64,000 nucleotides of DNA from NCBI GenBank assembly GCA_001805445.1, contig MHGF01000025.1, forward strand, positions 64,338 through 128,337, read 5' to 3'. A model generated the notes under the pieces. That model had not been told where the DNA came from. It worked only from the letters and a program-made list of their open reading frames with translations, and ran no database searches. This DNA is from Omnitrophica WOR_2 bacterium GWF2_43_52. GTDB taxonomy: Bacteria; Omnitrophota; Gorgyraeia; Gygaellales; UBA12090. The first letter of the stretch is position 1; each line of letters opens with the position of its first letter. This document shows, piece by piece, positions 29,284 through 39,828 of the stretch. Position numbers and translations under genes: made by a program.

Positions 29284-30303
29284 ATGGATAATGTATTAAA
29301 ATTTACATTTTCTGTACCAACGCTCAATTCAGAGCGATATCTTGAATCTTGTCTTCAATCTATAATTAATCAAGCGTATCCTAGAGAAGCTATAGAAATT
29401 ATAATTAGTGATGCTGGGTCTAGCGATGATACTATACGTATTGCAAAAAAATACACAAATCTTTTGTTTGAGAACAAGAAGAAGCTTGGAGAATACGGAA
29501 CTCAGATCGCCGCTGAAAAAGCAAGTGGTGATCTATTCGTAGTCTTTGCAGCTGATAATGGTTTGGTTAGAAATGATTGGTTGAAAAGAGTTTCGGGGGT
29601 TTTTAATAATCACAAAAGCTTATCCTGCCTATGGGGGAAAATGGTAGCTTCTAAAACTGATCCTGTAATTATGAGATATTACGAATTAATCCAAAGTGAG
29701 CCGTTAGCTCATTTTTTAAATAAAAATCTTGAATTTTATTTAAAAAAAGCGGCCGCGAACAATTTCCTTGACTTAAAGTATGAAATTTTCAACGTTGATC
29801 CGAAAAGGCCTCTTTGTTGGGGCGCAAACGGAATTGTTTACCGTCTTAGAGATGTAAAAGAATTATTCGCAGGAGATAAGTATATCGGTGACAATGAAAT
29901 ATTCCAATACATGGTAGAAAATGGCCATACGACGGTAGGCTATTCTTTCGATTTAAATATTTACCACCATACTGTTAGCTCTGTACGGCATTGGGTTGGA
30001 AAATGGAAGAGAAACTACACACAGATTTTTTTAAAAACAAGGCACCATCGCCGTATTGATTGGTTTTATTATGGTAATTTTAAATTAAAAATGTTTTTGT
30101 GGCTAGGGTATAGTTTACTACCAATTTTTTCTATTTCGCATACAGTTTATCTCATGTTAAGAGATGGTACAATTTACTGGTTTTATCATCCTTTAATGTG
30201 TTTTTTGCAGACTTGGACTTATTTGTATTGGACATTGGCTTTGCAAGAGGGAAGGAAATCTTTGGTTGAGCATATTGTTACAAAAAATTATAACTCTCCA
30301 TGA
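29284..30303 (+). CDS. Family 2 glycosyltransferase with C-terminal membrane region
   Basis: FSVPTLNSERYLESCLQSII and IISDAGSSDDT motifs. Confidence 0.7.
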   Translation: MDNVLKFTFSVPTLNSERYLESCLQSIINQAYPREAIEIIISDAGSSDDTIRIAKKYTNLLFENKKKLGEYGTQIAAEKASGDLFVVFAADNGLVRNDWLKRVSGVFNNHKSLSCLWGKMVASKTDPVIMRYYELIQSEPLAHFLNKNLEFYLKKAAANNFLDLKYEIFNVDPKRPLCWGANGIVYRLRDVKELFAGDKYIGDNEIFQYMVENGHTTVGYSFDLNIYHHTVSSVRHWVGKWKRNYTQIFLKTRHHRRIDWFYYGNFKLKMFLWLGYSLLPIFSISHTVYLMLRDGTIYWFYHPLMCFLQTWTYLYWTLALQEGRKSLVEHIVTKNYNSP

Positions 30304-30890
30304 GTAACTTTAAATATGATTTAGACCGTTTTCTCGATTGCAATAAGCTGTCCAAGAATTACATTAATAAAATATTAGCTCTTTTAGTTTTTCCTGGAAT
30401 GCAGGCGGTATTAAGCTATCGTATCCGCTGTTGGTTTGCCAGGCATAAAATGGGAATCTTGGAAATTATAATGTTACGCATCGAAGAGGTTGTTTACGGG
30501 TCTTCATTATTGCGTTATTATGGAGTTCAAATAGGTGCTGGTTTGTATATGCCTCATCCTTTTGGCATTGTTATTGGAGGTGCCACCATAGGAAAAAATT
30601 TTACCATTGCGCAGCATTGTACTATTGGTGGTAAAACCCCCGTAGGCGCTTTTGGGGTAGAGTCTGTGAGCTGGTACAGCAATAAACGCATTACTATAGG
30701 TGATTGGGTGTTTATGGGAGCTGGTAGTTGTATTCTCGGCCCAGTAACTATTGGCGATAATGTAATTATAGGTGCACATAGTGTAATTACGAAAAATATT
30801 CCCTCAGATGTCATGGTGTCAGGCATCCCCGCACGTATAATTAAGCAATTGAAGCCTATCACAAATCAAGAAACCATTGTTAAAAAATGA
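30300..30890 (+). CDS. Hexapeptide-repeat O-acetyltransferase (serine acetyltransferase-like)
   Basis: Left-handed beta-helix hexapeptide repeats (IGAGLYMPHPFGIVIGG...IGDNVIIGAHSVI). Confidence 0.75.
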   Translation: MSNFKYDLDRFLDCNKLSKNYINKILALLVFPGMQAVLSYRIRCWFARHKMGILEIIMLRIEEVVYGSSLLRYYGVQIGAGLYMPHPFGIVIGGATIGKNFTIAQHCTIGGKTPVGAFGVESVSWYSNKRITIGDWVFMGAGSCILGPVTIGDNVIIGAHSVITKNIPSDVMVSGIPARIIKQLKPITNQETIVKK

Positions 30891-31906
30891 TGACGATGAT
30901 GAAAACACAATGTCCATTGATTAGTATTATTGTCGTAAATTATAATGGTAAGAGATATTTAAAAAATTGTTTTGATTCGCTCTATAAGCTCAAATATTCA
31001 CATTATGAGATAATTTTTGTAGATAATGGCTCTCAAGATGATAGTGTAAAATTTATCCGCTCAAATTTTCAAAAAGCACAAATTCTTAAATTACAGAGTA
31101 ATTTTGGTCTTGCTATTGCAAGTAATAGGGGAGCGAAAGTCGCAAAAGGGGACTATTTATTTTTTTTAAACAATGATACTTTAGTAGATGAAAATATTCT
31201 TACAGAATTAGTGCGCGTTGCACAGTCAGATAAAGGAATTGGAGTTTGTGCCTGTAATGTTTTTACCTATGATGGGAGGAAGGAAATAGGCATGGGAGTA
31301 GCCTGTGATAGATTTGGTTATCCCTGCGGAAATTTAGGGCCAGTTTTTTATCCTGACGCAGCAATCTTTGTCAACAGGTCTATCTTTGAGGAGGTAGGAG
31401 GTTTTGATTCGAAACTTTTCTTATATGGTGAAGATAGAGATTTATGCTGGCGAATTTGGCTGCGAGGATACAGAGTTGAGCCTGTGAAGAGCGCATGGTT
31501 TTTGCATGATTCTGCCTGTACCTTAGTAGGAGAAGAAAAGTATAAAACTAATGTTTGGAAACGAGAATTGGGAGAACGTAATTTAATACGTTCGATGTTG
31601 AAAAATTATTCCTTAAGCGGTTTAGTTTGTATTATTCCTCAGTACTTATTGCTCAGTGTCGCAGAGATATGTCTTTTACTGTTTGTAGGCCAGTTTAAGG
31701 TGGTTAAGCAAGCCTATTTCAGGGCGTATCTCTGGAATCTAAAAAACTTGAACGATACGTGGCATGAACACAAAAAAATTAGCAAATTAAGAAGAATAAA
31801 AGATATCGCAATGTGGAAGATTATGTCGAAAAAAATAGGTAAAATTCAAGTATTAAAATGGGTTGGGATTCCTCAATTTGAAGCTAAGTCATATAAAAGC
31901 AATTAA
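30887..31906 (+). CDS. Family 2 glycosyltransferase
   Basis: ISIIVVNYNG...IIFVDNGSQDDS and a DXD motif. Confidence 0.8.
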   Translation: MMTMMKTQCPLISIIVVNYNGKRYLKNCFDSLYKLKYSHYEIIFVDNGSQDDSVKFIRSNFQKAQILKLQSNFGLAIASNRGAKVAKGDYLFFLNNDTLVDENILTELVRVAQSDKGIGVCACNVFTYDGRKEIGMGVACDRFGYPCGNLGPVFYPDAAIFVNRSIFEEVGGFDSKLFLYGEDRDLCWRIWLRGYRVEPVKSAWFLHDSACTLVGEEKYKTNVWKRELGERNLIRSMLKNYSLSGLVCIIPQYLLLSVAEICLLLFVGQFKVVKQAYFRAYLWNLKNLNDTWHEHKKISKLRRIKDIAMWKIMSKKIGKIQVLKWVGIPQFEAKSYKSN

Positions 31907-31922
31907 AGGAGAAACTGGGAAC

Positions 31923-33248
31923 ATGAAACAACTGTATTCCTTATCTGTCATTGGCCTGGGAAAGCTCGGATTATGTACTGCTGCTTGTTTTGCTAGTAAA
32001 GGTTTTAAAACTATAGGGGTTGATATCGATATAGATAAAATAACCAAAGTAAATAAAGGAATATCGCCTATTGATGAAACGGGCCTGCAGGCGATGCTGA
32101 AGCGCGCTAAAAAAAATATCATGGCAATATCAGATTATGACTTCGCAATTTTAAATAGTGATATTACTTTTATTGTTGTGGCAACTCCTAGCCTTGCTGA
32201 TGGAAGTTTTTCCAATGACTACCTGGAAAAGTCGCTTTTAAAAATAGGTGCTTCACTTAAAAAGAAGAAAAAATATCATTTAGTTGTGGTAACTTCTACG
32301 GTCATGCCACAGACTGTCGAGACCGTGGTTAAATACATACTTGAAAATACCTCAGGTAAAAAATGTGGACGCGATTTTGGGGTTGCTTACAATCCAGAAT
32401 TTATTGCTCTTGGTAGTGTCTTGCATGATTTTTTGAATCCTGATTTTATTCTCATCGGAGAAGTGAATAAGATTGATGGAGATATGCTAGAATTTCTTTA
32501 TACAAAGACTTGTGAAAATAAACCTCGCTTTGCCCGGATGAGTCCTTTAAATGCAGAAATAACTAAGATATCGCTTAATTGCTATATTACTACGAAGATA
32601 ACCTTCGCTAATTCAATTTCGGCACTTTGTGAAGGAGTAAAAGGTGCTGACGCCTCGGTTATTACGCAGGCATTAGGATTAGACACTCGCGTAGGGAGTA
32701 AATATATAAAACCTGGTTTGGGATATGGGGGGCCTTGTTTTCCTCGTGATAACGTTGCTTTCTCTGCTTTCGCACGTAGACTTGAGAAAAAAGCGAAGTT
32801 GGCCGAAATGGTCGATGAGGTCAATAAAGATCAAGTAATGAGAGTAATTGAGAAGATAAATGTTCTTACTGAAAGATTACATAAGCCAAAAAATAAAACC
32901 AAGATTTGTGTATTAGGCTTGTCTTACAAGCCTAATACTCCTATTATAGAAGATTCTCAGGCAATTAGTATTGTCCAGATATTGGTGAATGAGGGATTTC
33001 CAGTAAACGTCTACGATCCGCAGGCACAACAGAATGCTCGAGGTGTATTGGGAACAACGGTGACATATTTCGAACATATTGAGGAGTGTCTTAGTGGTAT
33101 TAATCTTGCTGTTATAGCTGTTCCTTGGATAGAATTTAAGAACATCAATTTCAGAAAGCTAAGCAAAAAAACTATCTTCCTTGATTGTTGGAGAATACTA
33201 GATGGTGTAAAAGGAATAAATACCTACCATCTTGGGGTTGGCTATTAG
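31923..33248 (+). CDS. UDP-sugar 6-dehydrogenase (UDP-glucose/GDP-mannose dehydrogenase family)
   Basis: GLGKLG NAD-binding motif and the catalytic GGPCFPRD cysteine. ATG at 31923; the ORF track starts at 31863. Confidence 0.85.
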   Translation: MKQLYSLSVIGLGKLGLCTAACFASKGFKTIGVDIDIDKITKVNKGISPIDETGLQAMLKRAKKNIMAISDYDFAILNSDITFIVVATPSLADGSFSNDYLEKSLLKIGASLKKKKKYHLVVVTSTVMPQTVETVVKYILENTSGKKCGRDFGVAYNPEFIALGSVLHDFLNPDFILIGEVNKIDGDMLEFLYTKTCENKPRFARMSPLNAEITKISLNCYITTKITFANSISALCEGVKGADASVITQALGLDTRVGSKYIKPGLGYGGPCFPRDNVAFSAFARRLEKKAKLAEMVDEVNKDQVMRVIEKINVLTERLHKPKNKTKICVLGLSYKPNTPIIEDSQAISIVQILVNEGFPVNVYDPQAQQNARGVLGTTVTYFEHIEECLSGINLAVIAVPWIEFKNINFRKLSKKTIFLDCWRILDGVKGINTYHLGVGY

Positions 33249-33262
33249 AGGAGGACTATTTA

Positions 33263-34228
33263 GTGGAAAATAAGAAAATTCTTGTTACTGGCGCGGGTGG
33301 ATTTATTGGGCACCATCTCATTAAGTATCTCAAAAAGAAGAAATTTTGGGTTAGAGGCGTTGACATAAAATTTCCTGAATACGAACAGACTCTGGCTGAC
33401 GAATTTGAACTTCTTGATTTAAGAAGATGGGCAAATTGTCTTCAGGCTGTACGGGGGGTAAATCAGGTTTATAATCTTGCTGCCAATATGGGTGGCATTG
33501 GTTTCATAGAGTCACATAAGGCCGAAATAGTCCATGACAATATCTTAATCAATATGCACATGTTAGAGGCAGCCCGATTGAATAAGATTGATAAATTTCT
33601 CTATACCTCATCTGCTTGTGTGTATCCAGGATATAAGCAGAATTCTCCTGACATTGCTCCTTTAAAGGAAGAGGATGCTTATCCTGCCGATGCTGAGGAT
33701 GGATATGGTTGGGAAAAACTGTATACTGAGAGGGCTTGTCGACATTACTATGAAGATTATAAACTTAAAACATATTGTGTGCGTTTTCATAATATTTATG
33801 GTCCTTTGGGGACTTACGATGGAGGCCGTGAAAAGTCTCCCGCTGCGATATGTCGTAAAATTGCCTTTGCTAAAACAAAGGATGAAGTAGAAGTATGGGG
33901 GGATGGAAATCAAACCCGTTCGTATTGCTATATTGATGATTGTGTCGAAGGGATTTTCCGACTTATAGAATCAGAATATCATGAGCCTCTTAACCTTGGC
34001 ACTGATAAAATGGTTACTATAAATCATTTAGTGGATATAGTTGCGAATATCGCTAACAAAAGGATATCTAAGCGTTATGATTTAGGTAAGCCTCAAGGGG
34101 TTAGGGGGCGAAACAGTGATAATACGAAATTACGTCAGGTGCTTAAATGGGAACCATGCGTAAGCTTGGAAGATGGCCTTAAGCTGACATATCATTGGAT
34201 TTTATCCCAAATAGAAAAGAATAGATAA
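33263..34228 (+). CDS. NAD-dependent sugar epimerase/dehydratase
   Basis: VTGAGGFIGHH motif. GTG start at 33263, preceded by a GAGGAGG Shine-Dalgarno. Confidence 0.8.
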   Translation: MENKKILVTGAGGFIGHHLIKYLKKKKFWVRGVDIKFPEYEQTLADEFELLDLRRWANCLQAVRGVNQVYNLAANMGGIGFIESHKAEIVHDNILINMHMLEAARLNKIDKFLYTSSACVYPGYKQNSPDIAPLKEEDAYPADAEDGYGWEKLYTERACRHYYEDYKLKTYCVRFHNIYGPLGTYDGGREKSPAAICRKIAFAKTKDEVEVWGDGNQTRSYCYIDDCVEGIFRLIESEYHEPLNLGTDKMVTINHLVDIVANIANKRISKRYDLGKPQGVRGRNSDNTKLRQVLKWEPCVSLEDGLKLTYHWILSQIEKNR

Positions 34229-35430
34229 TGAGTTGCACGAATAGTTTGTGTAAGGCTAATGTTTTACTATGTGGATTGGCGTACACAAGCAGAACTGAAA
34301 CCATTGAAGATTATTTAAAGGGTAAAGTAAAGTCTTTAACTGTGATTGCTCTTTCGAGTTGTTTTATTGACCGAAACTTTAGCTCGTGCAGGGTTTATGA
34401 AGAAGGAGTTTTAAAAAAAAGTTTTAAGGTAGCAAATTTTAGAATAAAAACCTATACTTGGTACAAGCAGCCATTAATACCACTAGTATTCCTTATTTAT
34501 TTCTTGTCTATTTGTTCTACATTGCTAAAACTGAATAAAAAACACGACCTGTATATTGGAGTTTCTTATTCCTTTGGGTTATGGGGTGCACTATTAAAGA
34601 AATTAGGAATTGTAAAGAGGCTGATCTATTATTCAATAGATTATTACATTCCTGAATATAAATTTGATCTTAACAATTTATATTTGATATTGTTAAACAT
34701 CGTAGAGCGTTTTATTGTACGTATGGCTGATTTTGTATGGGATATTTCGTATCAGATACAGACGTATAGGCAAAAAATAGGTAAAATTAGAATGGGAACC
34801 TATAGAAACATGGTTGTCCCTTTAGGTTACAGTAGTCATGTTAAGAGATTTAAAACAATGAGTGAAATGAAGCGATGGGAAATAGGATTTGTCGGGTCAA
34901 TAAGCGCTAATCAGGGTTTACAGCTTTTGGTTGAAGCGATGCCCTTTGTACTTAGTAAGTTACCGCGGGTAAGGGTTACGATTATTGGGCAAGGCCCTTT
35001 TTTAGCCCAACTAAAAGATTTAGTTAGACAAAAGGAAATGAACCATATTTTTAATTTCCTTGGTTTTATAAAAGATGAGAGTAAGATGCTAGATATCTTA
35101 TCAGAATGTGCCATTGCTGTTGCTTTGTATAGTGATTCTATTGATAACAAAAATATTATTTGTGCTGATGTTGGTAAGCCAAAGTTGTATGCGCTGGTAG
35201 GGCTTCCGATCATTGCTACTAAGTACTGCGGGCTAGCAGAGGCAATCAAGGATAATAAAGCTGGTGTTGTTGTTGATTATGATAAACATGATTTAGGGCA
35301 GGTTATTGTGAGTTTGTTATGTAAGGATGAAACATTAAAAGAATATCGTTATAATTCGTCAAAGATGGGAGAGCAGTTTATTGCGGACAATATTTTTAAT
35401 GCTGTATTTGAGCGAATGAATTTGAGCTAG
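34228..35430 (+). CDS. Family 4 (GT-B) glycosyltransferase
   Basis: C-terminal GLPIIATKYCGLAEAI...GVVVD motif typical of the GT4 family. Confidence 0.7.
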   Translation: MSCTNSLCKANVLLCGLAYTSRTETIEDYLKGKVKSLTVIALSSCFIDRNFSSCRVYEEGVLKKSFKVANFRIKTYTWYKQPLIPLVFLIYFLSICSTLLKLNKKHDLYIGVSYSFGLWGALLKKLGIVKRLIYYSIDYYIPEYKFDLNNLYLILLNIVERFIVRMADFVWDISYQIQTYRQKIGKIRMGTYRNMVVPLGYSSHVKRFKTMSEMKRWEIGFVGSISANQGLQLLVEAMPFVLSKLPRVRVTIIGQGPFLAQLKDLVRQKEMNHIFNFLGFIKDESKMLDILSECAIAVALYSDSIDNKNIICADVGKPKLYALVGLPIIATKYCGLAEAIKDNKAGVVVDYDKHDLGQVIVSLLCKDETLKEYRYNSSKMGEQFIADNIFNAVFERMNLS

Positions 35431-35431
35431 A

Positions 35432-36061
35432 ATGATTTACGATACTCATAATCCTGAAGTTATCAATTTCCTTTTTCAGGAAGCAAAACCAGGTGTAAGA
35501 ATCCTAGATGTAGGCTGTGGGACAGGGAAACTTGGCAAGCTGATAAAGTCAAAGATCAACTGTTATATTGAAGGTATAGAAATTGATCCAGAGGCTGCGA
35601 AGATCGCGCAAAAAGGTTATGATAAAATAATCGAGATTAATTTAGAAGAATTAATTGCTCAGAAAAAGCTGTTAGGCGCAATAGGGAAGTATGACATCAT
35701 AATCCTAGGGGATATTTTAGAGCATATTAGACAGCCAGATGAATTATTGCGTTCTTGCCAAGATGTATTAAAAGATAATGGTTATCTTATTGCATCTATT
35801 CCTAATATAGCAAACTGGATGATAAGGATAAAGCTGCTCTTTGGCATTTTTAATTATTCCGGAGGAATCCTAGATGAGGGACACGTAAGGTTTTTTACCT
35901 ATAAAACTGCGCGGAGACTACTTCAAAAAAACGGATATAGTATTATTTCAGTCACAAACAATAATCATACAATTCCCATAAAGGTTTTGGGTAGAATTTG
36001 GAAAAGATTGTTTGCTTTTCAGTTTGTTTTTAAATGCAGGAGAAATATATACGATGAGTGA
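35432..36061 (+). CDS. Class I SAM-dependent methyltransferase
   Basis: ILDVGCGTGKLG motif I. Confidence 0.75.
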   Translation: MIYDTHNPEVINFLFQEAKPGVRILDVGCGTGKLGKLIKSKINCYIEGIEIDPEAAKIAQKGYDKIIEINLEELIAQKKLLGAIGKYDIIILGDILEHIRQPDELLRSCQDVLKDNGYLIASIPNIANWMIRIKLLFGIFNYSGGILDEGHVRFFTYKTARRLLQKNGYSIISVTNNNHTIPIKVLGRIWKRLFAFQFVFKCRRNIYDE

Positions 36062-36836
36062 ACTTGTGCACAAAAAAAATATACAGAAATATTGGACAGA
36101 TAATGTTCCTGGTTTAGATAAGGGTGGGAAATCAGCGAAGATAGGTATGCAGTTTTTTAAAAAAATTGATAACTATAGGTTGCAGAATGAACCTTATGTT
36201 ATTCCCTTAATAGAAACTCTTTCTAAAAGCAAAGGGCGATTACTAGAAGTAGGGTGTGGTTTAGGTGCCGATTTAAGAAATTTTGCTGGCAGAGGCATGT
36301 CAACGGTAGGGGTAGACCTGTCGTTTAACAATGTCAAGTTAACAAAAAAAGGTTTAGAATTTTATAAGTATAATGGAAATGTCGTAAATTCGGATGCGGA
36401 GAATTTACCCTTCAAGGAAGCATCCTTTGATGCGTATTATTCATTTGGTGTGTTACATCATACCCCGGATACAGCAAAAGCTATTGCTGAGGCATATCGC
36501 GTTCTCAAAAAGGGAGGGAAATGTATAGTCATGTTGTATCATAAGGGCTATGCTTACTTATATATTAATGTGTTTTACGGATTTAAGCGATTATTTACTT
36601 CTGAGAATAAACTAATCAGTAATTATTATGATTCCACGCCTTTATCAAAGATGTATTCAAAAAAAGATGCGTATAGATTATTTCGAAATTTTAAGAATGT
36701 CAGTTTTGACGTCACAACATTTGCTTTTGGGGGAGTAGATGTCAATAGCAAATTAAAAAAAGTGCATCATTTGCTCAAAAATAGATTTTTAATGGAAAGA
36801 TTGGGGCAATTTTTAATCATAAAGGCAGAGAAATAA
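36054..36836 (+). CDS. Class I SAM-dependent methyltransferase
   Basis: LLEVGCGLGADL motif I. ATG at 36054 preceded by AGGAG; the ORF track starts at 36012. Confidence 0.75.
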   Translation: MSELVHKKNIQKYWTDNVPGLDKGGKSAKIGMQFFKKIDNYRLQNEPYVIPLIETLSKSKGRLLEVGCGLGADLRNFAGRGMSTVGVDLSFNNVKLTKKGLEFYKYNGNVVNSDAENLPFKEASFDAYYSFGVLHHTPDTAKAIAEAYRVLKKGGKCIVMLYHKGYAYLYINVFYGFKRLFTSENKLISNYYDSTPLSKMYSKKDAYRLFRNFKNVSFDVTTFAFGGVDVNSKLKKVHHLLKNRFLMERLGQFLIIKAEK

Positions 36837-36875
36837 CTGCCATGTTAGCTATTTAATTCAATAAATTTACTAGAT

Positions 36876-38312
36876 ATGATGAAAGTAATGTTAATTTTTC
36901 CACCAAACGTAGAAGTTATAGAGCCATTTAAGTCAGCTAAAAGAAAGCCCCCAAAATTGCTGTGGGGGTTTCCTTTAGGCATTGGTTATCTAGGTAGTGT
37001 TTTAAGGCAAAAAGGCTTTAATGTTTCAATTTTAGATTCTTGTTTTGAGGGGATGCATATGGATGATATAGTAAATAAAGTTGAAGAATTTAAGCCAGCA
37101 GTTGTTGGGATTGGTTGTTTAACCCATATCCTGAAAACTTCTGTAGTGTTAGCCAAAGCTATAAAAAAGAGAGACGAAAACATTAAAGTTGTTTTTGGCG
37201 GGCCGCACGCAACCTATGATTACGAAAATCTGCTTAAGATGAATGCTTTAGATTGGGTTGTAATAGGAGAGGGAGAGAATACTTTCACCGAACTCTGCGA
37301 AAAGATAAAAAATGGTCAATCCGTAGATAATGTAAAAGGTATTGCTTTCCGTGATTGTGACGGGAATATAAAAAAAACAGCTCTGCGGCCTTTAATAGAA
37401 GATTTAGATAATGTTCCGTTTCCTGCTCGTGATTTAGTAGATTTTGGTAAGTATATCAAGAGCTATGGAGTGCTAGAAAAAAGTGTTGATATAATGTCCT
37501 CTCGTGGTTGTGTTAATAGATGTATTTTTTGTAGTTCTTCACATCTTTTTGGAAAATGGCGGACACGAAGTTCACAGGATATAATTGCTGAAATCAGCGA
37601 GCTGGTAGAAAAGTATCCTGAAATAAAGTCTGTTAATTTTATGGATGATGATTTTACCGCCAATAAACAGAGAGTAATGGAATTATGCAATTTGTTAATT
37701 TCTACAGGCTTGAATAGATTGAATTGGGTATGTTTAGCTAGGGTTGATCAGCTTGATGAAGAGATGGTGCATAGCATGAAATTGGCTGGTTGTTTGAGAG
37801 TCCATTTGGGTATCGAGAGCGGTTCTCCTGAAATATTGAAAAATATAAATAAGCGTATATCCCTTCAGCAAGCGAGAAGTGCTGTAAAGTTGCTTTCAAG
37901 GGAAAAAATAGAAGCTTTTTCCTTTTTTATGGTTGGCCATCCTGGAGAAACGAAACAGACTATTGCGTTAACTAAAAGATTTGCTCACGAGTTAAAATCA
38001 GCAAACACAGGATTTTTTATTTCACAGGTTTTCCCAGGTACGGCGCTTGCTAGATTGCAACCGATACGGGATTGGGTTAGCTATGTTTATGAGCCTGAGA
38101 TTAACAATCCGTCAATCTTTACTCATCCTTGCATCCCGAATTTTATACCCGCTGGCTTCACGAGAGAATCGTTAAAAAAAATATGCGCAGGCATTACAAA
38201 GCAATTTATCTTTTTACATTTTGTCAGAAGGGCCCCATTATTTCTGAAAAAACTTATTATTGAACCAAAAGAAACCTTTAAATATATTATGGACGTTTTT
38301 TTCACTAAATAG
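36876..38312 (+). CDS. B12-binding radical SAM enzyme, a paralog of 19539-21104
   Basis: N-terminal cobalamin-binding fold (VVFGGPHAT) and the CVNRCIFCSS CX4CX2C cluster. Confidence 0.8.
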   Translation: MMKVMLIFPPNVEVIEPFKSAKRKPPKLLWGFPLGIGYLGSVLRQKGFNVSILDSCFEGMHMDDIVNKVEEFKPAVVGIGCLTHILKTSVVLAKAIKKRDENIKVVFGGPHATYDYENLLKMNALDWVVIGEGENTFTELCEKIKNGQSVDNVKGIAFRDCDGNIKKTALRPLIEDLDNVPFPARDLVDFGKYIKSYGVLEKSVDIMSSRGCVNRCIFCSSSHLFGKWRTRSSQDIIAEISELVEKYPEIKSVNFMDDDFTANKQRVMELCNLLISTGLNRLNWVCLARVDQLDEEMVHSMKLAGCLRVHLGIESGSPEILKNINKRISLQQARSAVKLLSREKIEAFSFFMVGHPGETKQTIALTKRFAHELKSANTGFFISQVFPGTALARLQPIRDWVSYVYEPEINNPSIFTHPCIPNFIPAGFTRESLKKICAGITKQFIFLHFVRRAPLFLKKLIIEPKETFKYIMDVFFTK

Positions 38313-38352
38313 TAGTTGGTAGTAGAAAATATGGTGATCGGCAGGGAGAAAG

Positions 38353-39063
38353 ATGAGCAATTTAAATAAAAATTTGTCTATAGCTTTAAGAAACCCTTTT
38401 AAATTTTATGATTATGCGAGAGCCTATTTTAACTATAAGAAAACAGTAGCTATTTTAACAGGCACTTCTCTCAAAGAAGTGAATAATTTTTATCATGAAA
38501 TTTTTTCTTCCCATTTTGTTGCAGAAATTATAAAAAAATCAAAATGTCGTTCTGGATTTTCTTATCTGACTATGCTTACTCCCTTTAGGGCCCCTACGCT
38601 TTATGTGCTTTGTAGGATTTTAAAGCCTGAAGTGTTGGTTGAAACAGGTGTAGCGCAGGGTTTTTCATCAGCATTTATATTGTATGCTTTAGAAGTAAAT
38701 AAGAAAGGACGTTTATATTCTATAGACTTGCCTAATCAGCCAGGGCAAGAGATAGGAAACAAAACCGGGTGGCTTATTCCGGATAGTTTTAGAAAGAGAT
38801 GGGAACTTATATTAGGCCCATCAAAAGAGTATCTCCCTGTTTTGCTGAAGAAGCTGAACAGGATAGATTTCTTTTATCATGATAGTGACCATAGCTATGA
38901 AAATATGGTTTTTGAATTCGATTGTGCATGGCATTATCTTAGGAGAGAAGGTCAATTGTTAGCCGATGATATTACGGATAGCCTCGCGTTTGACGAATTA
39001 GTAAGGAATAAAAATTGTACATTTAGAAAATTATTTAAGATGGGCATTGCATGTAAAAAATAA
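38353..39063 (+). CDS. Methyltransf_24/CmcI-like O-methyltransferase
   Basis: LVETGVAQGFSS and FFYHDSDHSYENM resemble the macrocin/cephalosporin-hydroxylase-type methyltransferase family. Confidence 0.6.
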   Translation: MSNLNKNLSIALRNPFKFYDYARAYFNYKKTVAILTGTSLKEVNNFYHEIFSSHFVAEIIKKSKCRSGFSYLTMLTPFRAPTLYVLCRILKPEVLVETGVAQGFSSAFILYALEVNKKGRLYSIDLPNQPGQEIGNKTGWLIPDSFRKRWELILGPSKEYLPVLLKKLNRIDFFYHDSDHSYENMVFEFDCAWHYLRREGQLLADDITDSLAFDELVRNKNCTFRKLFKMGIACKK

Positions 39064-39077
39064 GGATTACCATAAAA

Positions 39078-39788
39078 ATGTTGAAAAATAAAAAGAATGT
39101 TAAAGAGCTCATATATAATTTTTCAAGTAAATTCGGGATAGGGGTTTTTCGTAGAGTCTTTCCTGAATATTTTGCAAAGGAGCCTTTGAAGCCTACAGAT
39201 AGGTATATTGAGTATCCCTTTGTTATCCGAAATTTGCCTAAGCCGCCAGCTAAAGTATTGGATGTTGGCTGTTCCGGGAGCTGTTTTCCCTTATTATTAA
39301 CAGGTTTTGGTTATGATGTCTTTGGGGTAGATGTAAGAGAATACGCTATAATTAATAAGATGAAATTCAGCAACTTTCATTTTATAAAAGAGGATATCAG
39401 GAAAAATTATTTTAGCGATAACTATTTTGACGCTGTAATCGCAATTTCTACGGTTGAACACATAGGTTTGTTTGGAAGATATGGTATGGATGATGATTTG
39501 GGAGGCGATAAGCAGGCAGTAGCTGAAATGAAGAGAATTGTTAACCAGAATGGAGTTATTTTATTAACATTTCCGTTCGGAAAAGCAAAAATATTAAAAC
39601 CATATACAAGAGTTTATGATAGCAATTTAGTAAAGCTCCTCACAGTGGGTTTGGAAATTGAGACGGAAGAATATTATATGCAGGATATTGAGGAAAATTG
39701 GTATCAGTGCCATCGGAATGAAGCAGAAGCGGTAAATGCTAATAATGAGCGATATCCACTATGTCTGATTAAGCTGAGAAAGAAATAG
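39078..39788 (+). CDS. Class I SAM-dependent methyltransferase
   Basis: VLDVGCSGSCF motif I and a motif II acidic residue. Confidence 0.7.
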   Translation: MLKNKKNVKELIYNFSSKFGIGVFRRVFPEYFAKEPLKPTDRYIEYPFVIRNLPKPPAKVLDVGCSGSCFPLLLTGFGYDVFGVDVREYAIINKMKFSNFHFIKEDIRKNYFSDNYFDAVIAISTVEHIGLFGRYGMDDDLGGDKQAVAEMKRIVNQNGVILLTFPFGKAKILKPYTRVYDSNLVKLLTVGLEIETEEYYMQDIEENWYQCHRNEAEAVNANNERYPLCLIKLRKK

Positions 39789-39828
39789 CATTTTTCTTCC
39801 TTTCCATGTATGCATTTTAAAGGAAATA